From an uncultured bacterium (lineage in GTDB: Bacteria > Chlamydiota > Chlamydiia > Chlamydiales > JAAZZY01), in NCBI GenBank assembly GCA_964612505.1, contig CAZTEX010000011.1, positions 1,441 to 65,440 of the forward strand: a stretch of DNA of 64,000 bases. The letters are read 5' to 3'. The translations under genes were made by a program, and so were the position numbers. Numbering within the stretch: position 1 is the first letter of the stretch; each line of letters begins with the position of its first letter. Of the stretch, positions 53,173 to 63,459 are shown piece after piece. Under the pieces are notes generated by a model. It searched no databases and was not told the DNA's origin. It saw only the letters and a list, made by a program, of their open reading frames with translations.

Positions 53173-54356
53173 CAGAAATTTACTTAGATCATCATACAGC
53201 GACATATCTCGATTCGGAAGTGCTGAACGTCATGCAACCCTATTTTAAAGCAAAATGGGGCAATTACTTGCAGCCTCATCAAAAAGGGCAAGAGCTGATC
53301 AAAGAGATGCATCAAATGTATCAATCAGTTTATGAACTGATTGATGCAGATCCTAAAGAAGATGATCTCATTTTTGTCTCCTCGTGTGAAGAGGCTATTT
53401 CTCATGTTTTTCAAATTGCCTATCAAAATGGAATGCAGAAATTGGGTAAGAACCATTTTCTAACATTAACGACAGAAGATGCTGCTATTTTGATGAACTT
53501 GAAGAACCTTGAAAGCATGGGTTGTAAATTAGAATATTTACCTCTCAAATCCTCAGGTGTCTTAGATGTCGACAAAATTATAGAAACAATTACCCCAAGA
53601 ACAGCCCTTATTTCTCTCTCTTTAGCTCATGGACTCACGGGAATAATTCAACCTTTAGAAAAATTAAAAGAAGTTTGCAAGCTTAGAGATATTTACTTAC
53701 ACCTAGATATCAGTTATGCCATTGGAAAAATCGAAATCAACATCCAAGAGTTAGGTGCTGACTTTGTTACTTTTGGAGGGGATAAATTTCATGGACCAAA
53801 AGCTTCAGGAATCCTTTACGTTCGCCCAGGAATTAAAGTAAAACCCCTTATTTTTGGTGGACTAGAACAAAGGGGACTGCGAGGAGGGGCTATCGATGTA
53901 GCCAGCCTGGCAGGTCTTGCTCAAGCAGCCATTTTAGCTCAGCAAAAAATGAGTGAAATGTGTTTAGAAATCGCTTCATTAAGAGATGCTTTTGAATCCA
54001 TTTTAATCCAAAAACTAGATCAAGTTCAGATTTTATTTGATGGGGTCATGCGATTACCCAACGTTTCAGTCATTGCTTTTAAAAAAGTGGTTGCTGACGC
54101 CCTTTTATATATACTCAATCAGAAAAAGATCTATGCCTCTTTAGGAGGAGTACAGTTTCAGAGAATGAGCTACATTTTAGAAACACTCGGCTATCCCAGT
54201 GAAATTTGTTGTGGAGCTCTTTCGTTTGCTTTTGCTAGAACTTCTACCATCGATGAAGTAAAACAGGCTGCTGACATCATCGTGCAAACCATTGAAGAGA
54301 TGGCTAAAATGACAGAACATATTGAGGAAAAAGATGGGATTAAAGCAACTAATTAA
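53169..54356 (+). CDS. cysteine desulfurase (class V aminotransferase, NifS/IscS-like)
   Basis: 395 aa with the PLP-fold pattern (..DFVTFGGDKFHGPKASG.. carries the PLP Lys). Adjacent to and overlapping the NifU-like gene. Confidence 0.8.
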   Translation: MTEIYLDHHTATYLDSEVLNVMQPYFKAKWGNYLQPHQKGQELIKEMHQMYQSVYELIDADPKEDDLIFVSSCEEAISHVFQIAYQNGMQKLGKNHFLTLTTEDAAILMNLKNLESMGCKLEYLPLKSSGVLDVDKIIETITPRTALISLSLAHGLTGIIQPLEKLKEVCKLRDIYLHLDISYAIGKIEINIQELGADFVTFGGDKFHGPKASGILYVRPGIKVKPLIFGGLEQRGLRGGAIDVASLAGLAQAAILAQQKMSEMCLEIASLRDAFESILIQKLDQVQILFDGVMRLPNVSVIAFKKVVADALLYILNQKKIYASLGGVQFQRMSYILETLGYPSEICCGALSFAFARTSTIDEVKQAADIIVQTIEEMAKMTEHIEEKDGIKATN

Positions 54357-55098
54357 AAGTTCATTTTGGGCAAGATATAGCCATAAGCTTTCTCAACATA
54401 TTCAAAGGCCTCGTTCTGTAGGAGTATTTACTCAAGAGGATGGGGAGAGTTGCGCGCTCAGGTTTGTCCAAGGTCAAGCAGGCGACATTTCAATGGGCAA
54501 TTGGGCACAATATTTTTGGTTAGTAGATCCCAATGATGGTATTGTGGTAGATGCTAGATATCAAGTTTATGGAGAATCCATTTTAATAGGATTATTAGAA
54601 GCAGCTTCTAATCTCATTATTGGTAAAAACTATGACCAAGCTGCTCGCGTTCATATAGAAGTTTTAGATAATGCTTTGCGAGATAAAAATGATACAGGAG
54701 CATTCCCTGATGAAGCGATTGCGCATGTATCGATTGTTACTGAAGCAATTAAAAAATGTGCTCAGCAGTGTATGGATATTCCTATTTCATTAAGTTATGA
54801 GGCTCCTCCTATCCATTCTTCACCTGTGGAAGGAAATGGATATCCTGATTTTGATAAGCTTAGCCTCTCTCAAAAAATAGCGCTCATTGATCAAGTGCTT
54901 GATCAAGAGGTTAGACCTTATATTGAAATGGATGCGGGAGGGGTCGAAGTTGTTGGTTTGCAGCAAGATCAATTAACGATTAGCTACAAAGGGACATGCA
55001 CCTCTTGCTTTTCAGCAACGGGGGCAACACTCTCTTTTATTCAACAGGTGATTCGAGCAAAAGTAGATCCAAAGCTAAAGGTTATTCCCAACCTTTAA
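54322..55098 (+). CDS. NifU-like protein: Cys-less U-type N-domain + Nfu C-domain with CxxC
   Basis: The C-terminal ..VRPYIEMDAGGVEVVGL..ISYKGTCTSCFSATGATLSFIQ.. is an Nfu domain. The N-domain aligns to IscU, but the three ligand Cys positions read QAGD, YGES and AHVS. The start is probably ATG 54334. Confidence 0.75.
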   Translation: MRKKMGLKQLIKSSFWARYSHKLSQHIQRPRSVGVFTQEDGESCALRFVQGQAGDISMGNWAQYFWLVDPNDGIVVDARYQVYGESILIGLLEAASNLIIGKNYDQAARVHIEVLDNALRDKNDTGAFPDEAIAHVSIVTEAIKKCAQQCMDIPISLSYEAPPIHSSPVEGNGYPDFDKLSLSQKIALIDQVLDQEVRPYIEMDAGGVEVVGLQQDQLTISYKGTCTSCFSATGATLSFIQQVIRAKVDPKLKVIPNL

Positions 55099-55816
55099 TT
55101 TCCCCTGAAACATATTTGTGCTCATGTCCATCACGGGTCTTCAGCACTAACGCCCCATCTTTATCTACTCTGCAATAATGTCCTTCAATGACTTCGTGAC
55201 TAAGATCAAAAAGGACTTTTTTCCCAGCTAAAAAAGAAATCTCTTCAAAATCTTTTAAAAAAACTTCAAATCCACGTTCAAGAAAGAGTTTTAGATTCCT
55301 TTTAAAAATAATTTCTGCGGGTCTCAAAATGGATTCTACAGAGCAAGTTGTCTCTGTTTCTGCTAAGATGGAAGTTGCTGCTTTTTCTATATGAGCTAGT
55401 TCATCTGGCTTCATATTGATATTGATCCCAACTCCTACAAAGAAAATGCGTCCCCCTTGAATCTCTTTTGTTTCGGTTAAGATGCCGCCGAGTTTTTTAT
55501 TATTTACATAAACATCATTAGGCCATTTTAACAAAACTTGTAATCCTAGCTTTTGCAATACTTCAGCAAATGTTAAACCTGTCACCAAGCTGAGAGGATT
55601 AAATGAAAATTTTAAATGGGGTACGAAAAAAGAAAAAGTGACATAAAGACCCGCTCCTTCTGGAGAATACCAATGTCGATTAGATCGACCTCGTCCTTTA
55701 GATTGTTGAGTAGCTGTAATAACATGCAACTTTGACAAGTCAAAAGAATGGAAATTTTCTTTAGCCCAGTCTTGAGTTGAATCAATTTTTTCAAAGTGAT
55801 GGTAAATAGAGTCCAT
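55082..55816 (-). CDS. birA: biotin--[acetyl-CoA-carboxylase] ligase (group I, no HTH)
   Basis: 244 aa. ..QSKGRGRSNRHWYSPEGAGLYVTF.. and ..LKWPNDVYVNNKKLGGILTE.. Confidence 0.9.
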   Translation of the reverse strand: MDSIYHHFEKIDSTQDWAKENFHSFDLSKLHVITATQQSKGRGRSNRHWYSPEGAGLYVTFSFFVPHLKFSFNPLSLVTGLTFAEVLQKLGLQVLLKWPNDVYVNNKKLGGILTETKEIQGGRIFFVGVGININMKPDELAHIEKAATSILAETETTCSVESILRPAEIIFKRNLKLFLERGFEVFLKDFEEISFLAGKKVLFDLSHEVIEGHYCRVDKDGALVLKTRDGHEHKYVSGEIKGWE

Positions 55817-55899
55817 AAAATTATCTTGAGAGGGGTGTTTTATTTATAAAAGTTAATTACCTTTTCCCTAACTGAATTTTTTAATAAAAGCAACACAAG

Positions 55900-57516
55900 T
55901 TAAGAGCAAAATTCTTTAATCCATGAATCAAACTGCAAAGGTTTCCCAAAAATATTGATATTGAGACGATTCCAAGACATTCGGTTACCAGGGAAAAATA
56001 ATTTTTCATTTAAAAATTGAGAGCAGTATTTTTCCCCATACATGGAGGGAGAGCCTGTTTCTTTTTTAAAATGTTCTTTGAACATCGAAGCCAAAAATTC
56101 TCCTAGCAAATAGCTATAATAATATACAGGAGCTATGCCAAAGTGACATTTACAAGCCCAATCATTTTGCTCTCCACGTAGTGAAGGAGGACAAATGCGC
56201 TGATATTTTTGCACCAGGCTCCACCAAAGAGCATTTAAATCTTGCTCAGGATTTGCATAGAGAGCCGCTTCAAAATGGACCATCACGAGCACCCAACGAC
56301 TAAAAATAATTTGGCGTCTCTTTTGACTTTCAATGGCTTCGGCTGTTACTTGCTCTATATTTTCATCCTGGATGATGCTTTTTAAATATAGAGGGTCATA
56401 GGCGTGTCTTCCAGTCATTAAAGCCACAGCTTCAGTTGTCAGCATATGGGGCGGGGTTCGAAGATACCAATTCAATGTTGGATCAAATGCTTTTTCGTAG
56501 ACGGCATGACCAAGCTCGTGAATGAGTGTTTCTAGCCAGCGGATATTGGGTCGAATATTAGTTAGAATGCGAATATCTTTATTTCGATCAAGGTTCGTAC
56601 AAAAAGCATGTTGGTTTTTTTCTTTTCGTTCATAAAGATCGCTCTTATTTAAGATATCATCGACCTCAAATCCCATAGAATTAAAGAACTGCTTAGAGGC
56701 TTTTACAATATCGATATTTTTTAAAAGGTCATCTAGATTGGGTGAAATGAGCGGATCTTCTTGGCAGAATGGATCATTCCAAGCCCATGGACCGATCGCT
56801 AGGGTCGTCGTTTGAAATTGTTTAGCTAATTTTTCTGCAATGTTTTTTGAAAGAAGGGAGTGACTTTCTTTAGATGCCTCATCAAAATGGCTTAGAAATT
56901 TAAATAACCAGTCATGATCAATTTCATCATGTTCTAGTTTCATTTTATAATAATCGGCATAACCTAAGCGATGAGCTAACTGATTTCTTAATTTGACCAG
57001 CTTTAGTAAGAGAGGGGCTAAATAATTACCAACTTTTTTAGTCGCGTCCCAGGCTTGCTTTCTTCTTTCTATTTGCTTTTCTGCCTTCAAGATGTTTAGA
57101 AGATCATTTTCTGTTACATCGTTATTTTCAAACCGACTCCTGAAGTTGACATACGCTTGAGCAATCTCTACTTCTGCATTAGAGATTTCTTTTAATAAAG
57201 AGGGAGGGGCTAGAGCCATTTTGTGTTTGTTAATCATGAGATTTAAGATACGCAGAAGGTCTGAACTGGTGATAGAGCCCTCTTTTTTCCAATCCAAAAA
57301 TTTTTGATAATTTTCTTCATTACTATAAAGAAGTTTTAGCTCTGTTGTTAAAAGAGATAATTGTTCTGCAGCCTCTTTAGAACCTGTTGTTTCTAATTTC
57401 CAAGAAGCATGCTTGACAGCAATGGTTTTTGTTTGGATAGTTGAGATCAATTCTTCAAGAAAAACGTTGAAGGCTTCTTCCGTCTTCATATATATTTCCA
57501 CGCGTTGAGCAAACAT
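55900..57516 (-). CDS. gluzincin metallopeptidase (M3/oligoendopeptidase-like)
   Basis: 538 aa. HEXXH in ..TLIHELGHAVYE.. with a downstream Glu candidate in ..MLTTEAVALMTG.. The family assignment is approximate. Confidence 0.6.
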   Translation of the reverse strand: MFAQRVEIYMKTEEAFNVFLEELISTIQTKTIAVKHASWKLETTGSKEAAEQLSLLTTELKLLYSNEENYQKFLDWKKEGSITSSDLLRILNLMINKHKMALAPPSLLKEISNAEVEIAQAYVNFRSRFENNDVTENDLLNILKAEKQIERRKQAWDATKKVGNYLAPLLLKLVKLRNQLAHRLGYADYYKMKLEHDEIDHDWLFKFLSHFDEASKESHSLLSKNIAEKLAKQFQTTTLAIGPWAWNDPFCQEDPLISPNLDDLLKNIDIVKASKQFFNSMGFEVDDILNKSDLYERKEKNQHAFCTNLDRNKDIRILTNIRPNIRWLETLIHELGHAVYEKAFDPTLNWYLRTPPHMLTTEAVALMTGRHAYDPLYLKSIIQDENIEQVTAEAIESQKRRQIIFSRWVLVMVHFEAALYANPEQDLNALWWSLVQKYQRICPPSLRGEQNDWACKCHFGIAPVYYYSYLLGEFLASMFKEHFKKETGSPSMYGEKYCSQFLNEKLFFPGNRMSWNRLNINIFGKPLQFDSWIKEFCS

Positions 57517-57558
57517 TTAATTTTTTTAAGATTACTAGAATTTTTTTTTTTAAGATAG

Positions 57559-58701
57559 ATGAAGTTATTCGAAATAAAGTATCTCAAACGAATTGATTTA
57601 CGTCTTTTTTTTGTTACCGTTGTTTTAATGATCATTAGTTTGATGATTATGTCAGAGGCGCACACCTTGAGCCAAGTTGAAGAGATTATTGGCGAAACAT
57701 TTTGGACGCCTTTAGCTTTAAGTCAGCTGAAGTGGTTCTTCATAGGGTTTATCGTTTATTTTTTATCAGCCTCTTTTGATTACAATAAATTAAGAGAATG
57801 GGCATGGATTTTATATCTACTCATGCTAATAGCTCTCATAGGCCTTTTCTTTACCTCAGAAAGCCATAATGTGCAGAGATGGTATCGAATACCTGGATTG
57901 TTTTATGTGCAGCCCTCTGAGCTCGCTAAGCTCATTGTTGTGATTGCGTTGAGCTGGTTTTTAGAAAAGCAAAAGAACTACAGCACTCAACTAAGCACGG
58001 CCTTTTATGCTGGTTTGATTGTCGGAATTCCCTTCTTGCTTATTTTAATGCAGCCCGATTTGGGCTCTGCACTCGTTCTTTATCCGATTGCCCTGGTGAT
58101 GTTTTATTTTGCAGACTTATATGCCCCCCTTGTCAAATTGATGACTTGTGGTTTAGTCATAGGAATGGTTGTTTTTTCATCTATCCTAATGGGAATTGTC
58201 CCATATGAGAAAGCCAAGCCGATTGCCACAATCTTTCTAAAAGAGTATCAGTATCAAAGACTTGACCCAAATGATTACCATCATAAGTCAGCAGCGACAG
58301 CTATTTCATTAGGAGGGTTAACAGGCAGAGGATGGAGGCAAGGTGATTTTACAAGTGGGGGATGGCTACCAGCCCCACAAACAGACTCCGTTTTTCCTAA
58401 TTGGGGGGAGCATTATGGCTTTATAGGGCTTGTTTTTTTACTGGTAATTTTTTATATTTTATTATCCTTAAGTTTCAAAGTATCAACAGTTGCAAAAGAT
58501 CATTTTGGTCAACTTTTGTCAACAGGAGTTGCAGTTTATTTGGCAATGCATATTCTAATCAATATAGGCATGATGTGCGGAATGTTGCCGATTACGGGCG
58601 TTCCCTTAATTCTAGTGACCTATGGGGGATCATCTATTATTGTTACAATGGGTGCTCTAGGAATGTTACAAAGTATCTATAGCCGGAGGTTTATGTTTTG
58701 A
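57559..58701 (+). CDS. SEDS-family peptidoglycan polymerase (FtsW/RodA/SpoVE)
   Basis: 380 aa with about 10 TM segments. ..VQPSELAKL.., ..QPDLGSAL.., ..TDSVF.. and ..ITGVPLILVTYGGSS.. No murG or pbp neighbour is present to separate RodA from FtsW. Confidence 0.9.
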   Translation: MKLFEIKYLKRIDLRLFFVTVVLMIISLMIMSEAHTLSQVEEIIGETFWTPLALSQLKWFFIGFIVYFLSASFDYNKLREWAWILYLLMLIALIGLFFTSESHNVQRWYRIPGLFYVQPSELAKLIVVIALSWFLEKQKNYSTQLSTAFYAGLIVGIPFLLILMQPDLGSALVLYPIALVMFYFADLYAPLVKLMTCGLVIGMVVFSSILMGIVPYEKAKPIATIFLKEYQYQRLDPNDYHHKSAATAISLGGLTGRGWRQGDFTSGGWLPAPQTDSVFPNWGEHYGFIGLVFLLVIFYILLSLSFKVSTVAKDHFGQLLSTGVAVYLAMHILINIGMMCGMLPITGVPLILVTYGGSSIIVTMGALGMLQSIYSRRFMF

Positions 58702-59246
58702 AAGACTCAACTAAACATACATTTTTATTTCATCCAGAGCAATGGGTGGGTGATGGGACGATTACTTTTAATGAGTTTGGCCACGGCTTAAAATTTTACA
58801 CTCATTGGAAAGTAGCTGATCAAGCCAAAGAAGAGGCTAGATGCATTCAAGAAATTGAAGTAGAAGGGTTAATGGACAAAACCCAAAACAAGTTCACTTT
58901 GACAGAAATCAAAAACAATACTTTTATTATTACTTTAGAGAACGAAAGTCTTGGCAAAGTGATTGGTAAGGGTGTTTATGATGATAAAACAGTTGCTTGG
59001 GAATTTTCTAACAAAGAGCTTGGCTTTGAAGGTTTTGAAGTTTATGAGCTTCAAGAAGATGGTGGATATGTAACTCGAGGAGAATATATTTCCATTGATC
59101 AACTGCGAACCATTATTGAAGGCAAGATTTGGAAAAAACAAGCTACTAAGCGTGACAAAAAAAGTACCTCTGCAAAAGTGGAAGAAAGCGCTGTTGAAGA
59201 AAAAGAAGAGACAGAAGGATCTGGGAATTCAACAGATTCAGATTGA
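58698..59246 (+). CDS. hypothetical protein (beta-rich N-domain, acidic/K-rich tail)
   Basis: 182-aa ORF. Its TTG start overlaps the SEDS stop (..ATGTTTTGAAAG..). No recognisable motif. Confidence 0.45.
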   Translation: MKDSTKHTFLFHPEQWVGDGTITFNEFGHGLKFYTHWKVADQAKEEARCIQEIEVEGLMDKTQNKFTLTEIKNNTFIITLENESLGKVIGKGVYDDKTVAWEFSNKELGFEGFEVYELQEDGGYVTRGEYISIDQLRTIIEGKIWKKQATKRDKKSTSAKVEESAVEEKEETEGSGNSTDSD

Positions 59247-59284
59247 TTCTGTAGATCGTGCTTTAAACGACGAGCTTATATTCT

Positions 59285-60511
59285 TTAACAAGGAATCACT
59301 TTAAACGTTAAAAGAAACTGTAGGATGATCACAGCGACGCCTATGATCATCATCGCTGCTAGTGATATTTTGCCGCCCACAACCTGATATTTTCGTTCAA
59401 TATGAAGCTTATAACGGCTTTTCCAAAGCATTAAGGCAGGTAAGATAACAAATAAGGTGGCGCATCCAAAACTTCCTGCGTAGCTTATTGCCAATAGAAA
59501 GATTTTTGGAAATAAAATCGCTATGACATAGGGAGGGATGAAAATTAAAGAGCACAAAATAGTTTTGCCACTTCCTGTTTTTTCAATTTTAAAACCATCT
59601 GCTAGAAAATCAAATAGACTTAAAATGACTCCTAAATACGACGTTGCAATCGCACAAAAAGCAAAGATTTGACTGAAAGAGTTGACAGAACCATTTTTAA
59701 GAATGGCTACCAATCCCTGAGAAGCAGATTGGCCATTTCTAAGTAGATGTTTAATGCTAATAGAGCCCTCTATTGGAATAATACCCAAAACAAACCACTC
59801 CCAAATTATATAAATAATAAGTGGGATGAAGCCGCCAAGAATAATAACCCATTTTAACGCTTTCAGGTCTCGTTTAAGATAGGTCGTTAAAGAGGGAATG
59901 ACATTTTGAAAAGTAAAGGAGGTCGCAATCACAGGAATTCCCATGAGCGAGTATTTCCAATTAGAGGTTAAAAGGTATTCTGTATTGATAAATCGAGCGC
60001 CTAGGCTAATTAACAAAACATAGCTTACCACAATTCCTAAGACAAGTACGATATTTGTATTGGCTAAAGCTCGAGTACCAGAGTACAACGCAGGCAAATA
60101 AAGTAGTAAGCTGAGTGTAACTCCCACCCAGTTTGAAAATGGCATCTTAAAAATAACCATCAACAAACTATTAATTAATGTTCCGCTAAGTGCAAGGTAT
60201 GCAACAGATACGCTATAGAAAAGAAAAATATAAGTCGTAAAAGCAAAAGCTCTACCCACTGGCCCTAGTGTAGTTTTGGCCATTGAAAGTAAGTTAGCCT
60301 CATATCCTAGAGTTAGATTGACTTCTAGCAACATAAGGCTTGCGTAAGTTACGATAAGCCAGGAAATAATGTAGATAAGCACAGCTGGCCAAAAACCAGC
60401 AAGACCTGTTAAAACAGGAAGAGCCAACATCCCAGCACCAATACTTGTTCCAGCTGCGATGAGCACAGCCCCTAAAAAAGTAATTGGTTTAGATTTGGAT
60501 GTAGACTCCAT
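59285..60511 (-). CDS. aromatic amino acid permease (HAAAP family, TyrP/Mtr-like)
   Basis: 408 aa with about 11 TM segments. The N-terminal ..LGAVLIAAGTSIGAGMLALPV.. is typical of TyrP/Mtr/TnaB carriers. Confidence 0.8.
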   Translation of the reverse strand: MESTSKSKPITFLGAVLIAAGTSIGAGMLALPVLTGLAGFWPAVLIYIISWLIVTYASLMLLEVNLTLGYEANLLSMAKTTLGPVGRAFAFTTYIFLFYSVSVAYLALSGTLINSLLMVIFKMPFSNWVGVTLSLLLYLPALYSGTRALANTNIVLVLGIVVSYVLLISLGARFINTEYLLTSNWKYSLMGIPVIATSFTFQNVIPSLTTYLKRDLKALKWVIILGGFIPLIIYIIWEWFVLGIIPIEGSISIKHLLRNGQSASQGLVAILKNGSVNSFSQIFAFCAIATSYLGVILSLFDFLADGFKIEKTGSGKTILCSLIFIPPYVIAILFPKIFLLAISYAGSFGCATLFVILPALMLWKSRYKLHIERKYQVVGGKISLAAMMIIGVAVIILQFLLTFKVIPC

Positions 60512-60533
60512 TGATTACTAACTAAATTTGTGT

Positions 60534-60854
60534 TTATGCAGCTTTAATTTTGATATCTACCCCTGCAGGCAAAGTTAATGTTTTTAAGGCATCAACGGTT
60601 CTTCCTGTTGGGTTTAAAATATCCATCAAACGTTTATGTGTTCTAATTTCAAACTGCTCTCTTGATTTACGATCAATGTGAGGAGATCTTAAAACAGTGT
60701 ATATTTCTCTTCTTGTGGGTAAAGGAATTGGACCGACAACTCTTGCACCTGTTCTTTTAGCTGTTTCAACGATATCTGCAGTAGCGCGATCTAAAATTCT
60801 TTGATCGTAACCTTTAAGTCGGATTCTAATTTTTTGTTTATCTTCTTTAGCCAT
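60534..60854 (-). CDS. rpsJ: 30S ribosomal protein S10
   Basis: 106 aa. ..[41 protein letters not shown].. Confidence 0.97.
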   Translation of the reverse strand: MAKEDKQKIRIRLKGYDQRILDRATADIVETAKRTGARVVGPIPLPTRREIYTVLRSPHIDRKSREQFEIRTHKRLMDILNPTGRTVDALKTLTLPAGVDIKIKAA

Positions 60855-60867
60855 TTTTTTCTCTTAA

Positions 60868-62955
60868 TTATTTTTTAACAATCTCTTCTTGGACTTTAGC
60901 AGGCACTTTTTCAAAGTGGCTCGGCTCCATACTATAATTTGCACGTCCAGAACTAAGGGATCGCAGTGTTGTAGAGTAACCAGACATTTCACTGAGTGGC
61001 ACTTCTGCTTCTACGATTTGGATACTTTTTTGAGCTCTTTGTCCTAGAATTTTACCGCGACGTCTGTTTAAGTCTCCTAGTACATCACCCATTGATTCTT
61101 CAGGTGTTGTTACATCGACTTTCATGATCGGTTCAAGAAGAACGGGCTTACATTTTCTGGCAGCTTCTTTCAAAGCCATCGATCCGCAGATTTTAAACGC
61201 CATTTCACTTGAGTCTACATCGTGATAAGATCCAAAGACAATATGTACTTTAACGTCTATTAGGTTATATCCAGCCAGCACACCTGTTGTTAGACCTTCC
61301 TCAATCCCTTTAATTGTTGGGTTAATATATTCTTTTGGAATAACACCACCCACAATCTTACTGACAACTTCATTACCTTTTCCAGGTTCATTAGGTTCAA
61401 TCTCGACAACAACGTGTGCATATTGACCGCGACCACCCGATTGTTTAACAAACTTGGTGTCGGCTTTTCCTGGAATAGTGATTGTTTCTTTGTAAGAAAC
61501 TTGAGGTTTACCTACATCGGCTTCAACGCTGAACTCTCTAAACATTCTATCACGTAGAATTTCTAGGTGAAGCTCACCCATACCCGCAATGATTGTTTGT
61601 CCTGTCTCTTGATTCGTTGTAACTCTAAAAGTAGGATCTTCTTCAGAAAGTGCTGATAGAGCTAATGAAAGTTTTTCGCGATCCGCTTTAGATTTTGGTT
61701 CAATAGCCATGGAAATTACAGGTTCTGGGAAATCCATTTTCTCAAGTAGTAATGGAGTTCCAACAGCACATAGAGTATCACCCGTTGTCGTATTTTTTAA
61801 TCCGATACAAGCGGCAATATCACCTGTGAAGAACTCATCTTTATCATGGCGTTGGTTCGCATGCATTTCTAGAAGACGAGTTACACGCTCTTTTTTCCCT
61901 TTTGTCGTATTAATAAGAGTCGAGCCTTTTGTTAACGTACCGCTATAAACACGAACAAACGTTAAACGACCTACATATGGGTCTGTCATGATTTTAAAGG
62001 CTAAAGCAGCTAAAGGAGCATCATCTTTGGGTTCAAGCATGAACTCTTCATGAGTGTCTTCATTCATCCCTTTAATTTCTCCGCGATCTAGTGGAGAAGG
62101 CATCCATCGAACAACCGCATCTAAGAGCTGTTGAACACCTTTGTTTTTAAACGCAGATCCACAAAGAACTGGATTGAATTTATTTTGGCATACGCCTTTA
62201 CGCATTACTGCGTGAATTTCTTTTTCTGTGAGCGTTTCTGGAGCTTCTAAGACTTTCATCATGAACTGCTCGTCGTTTTCGTCGATGGTAGCTAGTTCTT
62301 CTAAAAGGGCAGCTCTCATTTCTGCACATTTTTCTTTTAAATTATTTGGAATTTCAACTTCATCCCATTCAGCCCCTTGAGTCTCTTCTTTGAAGATAAG
62401 GGCTTTCATTGTAATTAAGTCAACAAGACCTTTGAATTCATTTTCAGCGCCGATTGGGCAATGAACTGGGACAGCGTTTGCCCCTAGTTTTTCTCTCATT
62501 GTTTTAACGGCATCGAAGAAGTCTGCACCTGTTCTATCCATCTTATTAACAAAAGCAATTCGAGGTACTTTATAGCGATCAGCTTGTCTCCAAACTGTTT
62601 CAGATTGCGGTTCAACACCTGATACTGAACAAAATACAGCAACAGCTCCGTCTAATACGCGAAGCGATCTTTCAACTTCAATTGTAAAGTCAACGTGTCC
62701 AGGAGTGTCAATAATGTTGATCTTACAATCTTTCCAGTAAACAGTTGTTGCAGCACTTGTAATGGTAATTCCACGTTCTTGTTCCTGCTCCATCCAGTCC
62801 ATTGTTGCAGCGCCTTCATGAACTTCGCCGATGCGGTGAACTCGGCCACAGTAATACAAAATTCTTTCTGTCGTTGTCGTTTTACCAGCATCAATGTGGG
62901 CCATGATGCCAATATTGCGTACATTACTGAGTTTGTCTTTGTCAGGTCTAGCCAT
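60868..62955 (-). CDS. fusA: elongation factor G
   Basis: 695 aa. ..[34 protein letters not shown].. Confidence 0.98.
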   Translation of the reverse strand: MARPDKDKLSNVRNIGIMAHIDAGKTTTTERILYYCGRVHRIGEVHEGAATMDWMEQEQERGITITSAATTVYWKDCKINIIDTPGHVDFTIEVERSLRVLDGAVAVFCSVSGVEPQSETVWRQADRYKVPRIAFVNKMDRTGADFFDAVKTMREKLGANAVPVHCPIGAENEFKGLVDLITMKALIFKEETQGAEWDEVEIPNNLKEKCAEMRAALLEELATIDENDEQFMMKVLEAPETLTEKEIHAVMRKGVCQNKFNPVLCGSAFKNKGVQQLLDAVVRWMPSPLDRGEIKGMNEDTHEEFMLEPKDDAPLAALAFKIMTDPYVGRLTFVRVYSGTLTKGSTLINTTKGKKERVTRLLEMHANQRHDKDEFFTGDIAACIGLKNTTTGDTLCAVGTPLLLEKMDFPEPVISMAIEPKSKADREKLSLALSALSEEDPTFRVTTNQETGQTIIAGMGELHLEILRDRMFREFSVEADVGKPQVSYKETITIPGKADTKFVKQSGGRGQYAHVVVEIEPNEPGKGNEVVSKIVGGVIPKEYINPTIKGIEEGLTTGVLAGYNLIDVKVHIVFGSYHDVDSSEMAFKICGSMALKEAARKCKPVLLEPIMKVDVTTPEESMGDVLGDLNRRRGKILGQRAQKSIQIVEAEVPLSEMSGYSTTLRSLSSGRANYSMEPSHFEKVPAKVQEEIVKK

Positions 62956-62970
62956 GGATTTAATTTCTCC

Positions 62971-63441
62971 TTACCACTTGAAGTGTGCGAAGGCTTTGTT
63001 TGCCTCAGCCATACGGTGTGTGTCATCTTTCTTTTTAATTGTAGCGCCTTGATTGTTATAGCAGTCGTAAAACTCCATAGCAAGGCCATCTTCCATCGAT
63101 TTCCCAACTTTTTTTCGAGAGTTATCAATGATCCAGCTCATAGCAAGAGCAAAGCTTCTTTGCGGAGCAATTTCAATAGGAACTTGATAAGTAGCTCCAC
63201 CAATTCTTCTTGATTTTACTTCAAGAGCTGGGCGGGCATTTTCAAGAACTGATTCGAAAGCTTCTAAGGGATGTTCTGATTTAATTTTTTGAGCAAATTT
63301 TTCCATTGCACTGTAGACAATGTGTCTAGCAACGTTTTTTTTGCCCATTAACATTACTTTGTTAATAAATTTAGATAATATAACACTGTTGTAAACCGGA
63401 TCTGGCGCAACTTTGCGTTTTTCTGCTCTTCGTCTTCTCAT
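62971..63441 (-). CDS. rpsG: 30S ribosomal protein S7
   Basis: 156 aa. ..PDPVYNS..INKVMLMGKK..GGATYQVPIE.. Confidence 0.97.
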   Translation of the reverse strand: MRRRRAEKRKVAPDPVYNSVILSKFINKVMLMGKKNVARHIVYSAMEKFAQKIKSEHPLEAFESVLENARPALEVKSRRIGGATYQVPIEIAPQRSFALAMSWIIDNSRKKVGKSMEDGLAMEFYDCYNNQGATIKKKDDTHRMAEANKAFAHFKW

Positions 63442-63459
63442 CTAATTTGAACCTCTGTT

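Noticed and set aside
62652-63213. Two long track ORFs (158 aa on the minus strand, 172 aa on the plus strand) spanning the fusA/rpsG junction.
   Set aside because: They lie in alternative frames or antisense to the unmistakable EF-G and S7 genes. Their sequences are low-complexity with no motifs. They are frame shadows.
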